From positions 1,792,001 through 1,856,000 of the forward strand of contig CAWHIJ010000003.1 in assembly GCA_963829525.1 (NCBI GenBank): a DNA stretch of 64,000 nt, given 5' to 3'. The notes under the pieces are model-generated. The model made no database searches and was not told the origin of the DNA. It saw nothing but the letters and a program-made list of their open reading frames with translations. Below are positions 62,475 through 64,000 of this stretch, in pieces. Origin of the DNA: an uncultured Actinomycetota bacterium (lineage in GTDB: Bacteria; Actinomycetota; Actinomycetes; JAHEKZ01). Within the stretch, counting starts at the first letter, position 1; each line of letters opens with the position of its first letter. Both the position numbers and the translations under genes were made by a program.

Positions 62475-63752
62475 TTGCGTCGGCGCCTCCTCCTGACGGT
62501 CACCGCCACCTCGGTTCTGATCCTGCTGGCCTTCCTCGTCCCGTTGGCCATTTTGGTTCAGTCGGTCGCGGAGACTCGCGCCACTTCGGCTGCCATTCTC
62601 CGGGTGCAGTCGTTGGTCCCCTTCGTGGGGGAAGCGTCGCGGAACGACCTCGAGCGCACCGTCGATCTCATCAACGCCGACGCCGGACCCCCGGTGACCG
62701 TCATCCTGCCTAGGACCGGTCAGGTCGGGGCACCGGCGCCCAGCTCCGATGCGGTCAAACTGGCCCTCACGGGCCGGACGGTCGTGGTCGACACCGAGGC
62801 GGGCCGCGAGGTTGCCGTGCCGATCGGCGGCCTCAAGGACGGAACAGCCGTCATCCGCGTCCTCGTCGGCCAGGACCAGCTCAACGAAGGGGTGCTCCGG
62901 GCCCGCCTGGCGCTCTTGGGACTGGCCATCATTCTTCTCTTGCTTGCCATCGCCGTCGGGGACACCCTCGCCCGATCGTTCGTTCGACCCCTCGAGGCAG
63001 CCGCCGACACCGCAGGACGTCTCGCCGGTGGTGACCTCGACGCCCGGGTCACCCCAGCAGGCCCTCCGGAGACTCGGTCGGTCGCCATCGCGCTCAACCG
63101 TCTCGCGGCGCGGATTATCGATCTCCTCCACGCTGAGCGTGAGGCCGTCGCTGATCTGAGCCACCGGCTGCGCACACCGGTCACAGCGCTGCGGCTGGAC
63201 GTTGAGTCTTTGCCGCCTGGTCCCGATCGAGAGCGCTTGGCCGATGATGTCGGCTCACTGACACGCTCGATCGATGCGGTGATCAACGAGGCCCGCCGAC
63301 CCATCCGCGAGGGGATCGACGGTCGCTGCGATGCGACCGAGGTGGTGGGATCACGAATCGCGTTCTGGTCGGCACTCGCCGAGGACGAGGCGCGTCCGGT
63401 CCAAACCTCCCTGCCGACCGAGCCCGCCGTGGTGGCCAGCACGGGGACAGACCTCGCCGCAACCGTCGATGCCTTGCTCGGGAACATCTTTGCCCACACC
63501 CCGGCCGGAACGCCGTTCAGCGTCACCCTGGTCAAGGTTGGCGACGGCGCAGTGCTCACGGTTGCGGACTCGGGCCCGGGGTGGCGCCTGGCTCACCCTG
63601 AGGGCCGCGGCCGGTCCAGCGCCGGATCTACCGGGCTCGGACTGGACATCGCAGCTCGTACGGCAGCTGCGTCAGGCGGAGGATTGGAGCGGCACGAGGG
63701 CGGCGATGGCGGCGCGATCGTGACCGTTCGCCTCGGCGGAGCTGGTGACTAG
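62475..63752 (+). CDS. HAMP-domain sensor histidine kinase
   Basis: 2 TM, HAMP, DLSHRLRTP, DSGPG and GLGL motifs. Confidence 0.92.
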   Translation: MRRRLLLTVTATSVLILLAFLVPLAILVQSVAETRATSAAILRVQSLVPFVGEASRNDLERTVDLINADAGPPVTVILPRTGQVGAPAPSSDAVKLALTGRTVVVDTEAGREVAVPIGGLKDGTAVIRVLVGQDQLNEGVLRARLALLGLAIILLLLAIAVGDTLARSFVRPLEAAADTAGRLAGGDLDARVTPAGPPETRSVAIALNRLAARIIDLLHAEREAVADLSHRLRTPVTALRLDVESLPPGPDRERLADDVGSLTRSIDAVINEARRPIREGIDGRCDATEVVGSRIAFWSALAEDEARPVQTSLPTEPAVVASTGTDLAATVDALLGNIFAHTPAGTPFSVTLVKVGDGAVLTVADSGPGWRLAHPEGRGRSSAGSTGLGLDIAARTAAASGGGLERHEGGDGGAIVTVRLGGAGD

Positions 63753-63757
63753 GTCGC

Positions 63758-64000
63758 TCAGAACGTGGGAAGCAGCGGGTCGACCCCGACCATCACGAAG
63801 AGCAGCGTCAAATAGGTGATCGACCAGTGGAAGAGCCGCATGGGGCGCCATTGGGCCTCCGGCAGCCCGGAGAGCACGCGGCGTCGTAACCCGATAACCG
63901 AGCCGAGGAAGACCGCGCCCAGAACCACAGCGACTGCCAGGTAGGCGATGGTCATTCCCGCAACCGGCCACAACACCAAAGACGCCGCGATCATTGCCAG
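63758..64000 (-). CDS. ctaB: Heme o synthase (protoheme IX farnesyltransferase), 3' part only
   Basis: PMRLFHWSITYLTLLF...VDP C-terminus; truncated by the window edge. Confidence 0.8.
   Translation of the reverse strand: MAMIAASLVLWPVAGMTIAYLAVAVVLGAVFLGSVIGLRRRVLSGLPEAQWRPMRLFHWSITYLTLLFVMVGVDPLLPTF

Overview
High-GC actinobacterial chromosomal window, mostly conserved core synteny: PAC2, mshC with the SCO1664/DUF3090/phosphomutase trio, uppP, an M20 peptidase and tRNA-Leu(GAG); then TrmH/TauE/SPFH-NfeD, moeA, serB, fabI-fabG, tldD/E, dodecin, moaA, SURF1, Gbn-like NAP, ABC-F, a complete sufR-B-D-Rieske-C-S-U-T operon, and ctaA/ctaB. An accessory stretch of about 17.6 kb with no integrase follows the tRNA. 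It holds the most interesting signal: an operon of two paralogous 34-aa hydrophobic peptides ending GAGxKWxN, missed by the ORF track, each with an RBS and sharing a terminator. Its leader resembles a degenerate c-di-GMP-I aptamer, and an upstream motif recurs at the promoter of a sulfotransferase/glycosyltransferase/kinase cluster 11 kb away. Also notable: an S51 peptidase fused to a CysRS C-terminal domain, a frameshifted DUF222-HNH element beside a 32-bp tandem array, and a class F sortase/DUF4397/ECF sigma/anti-sigma cassette. All product calls come from motif and family recognition by eye; no database search was run.
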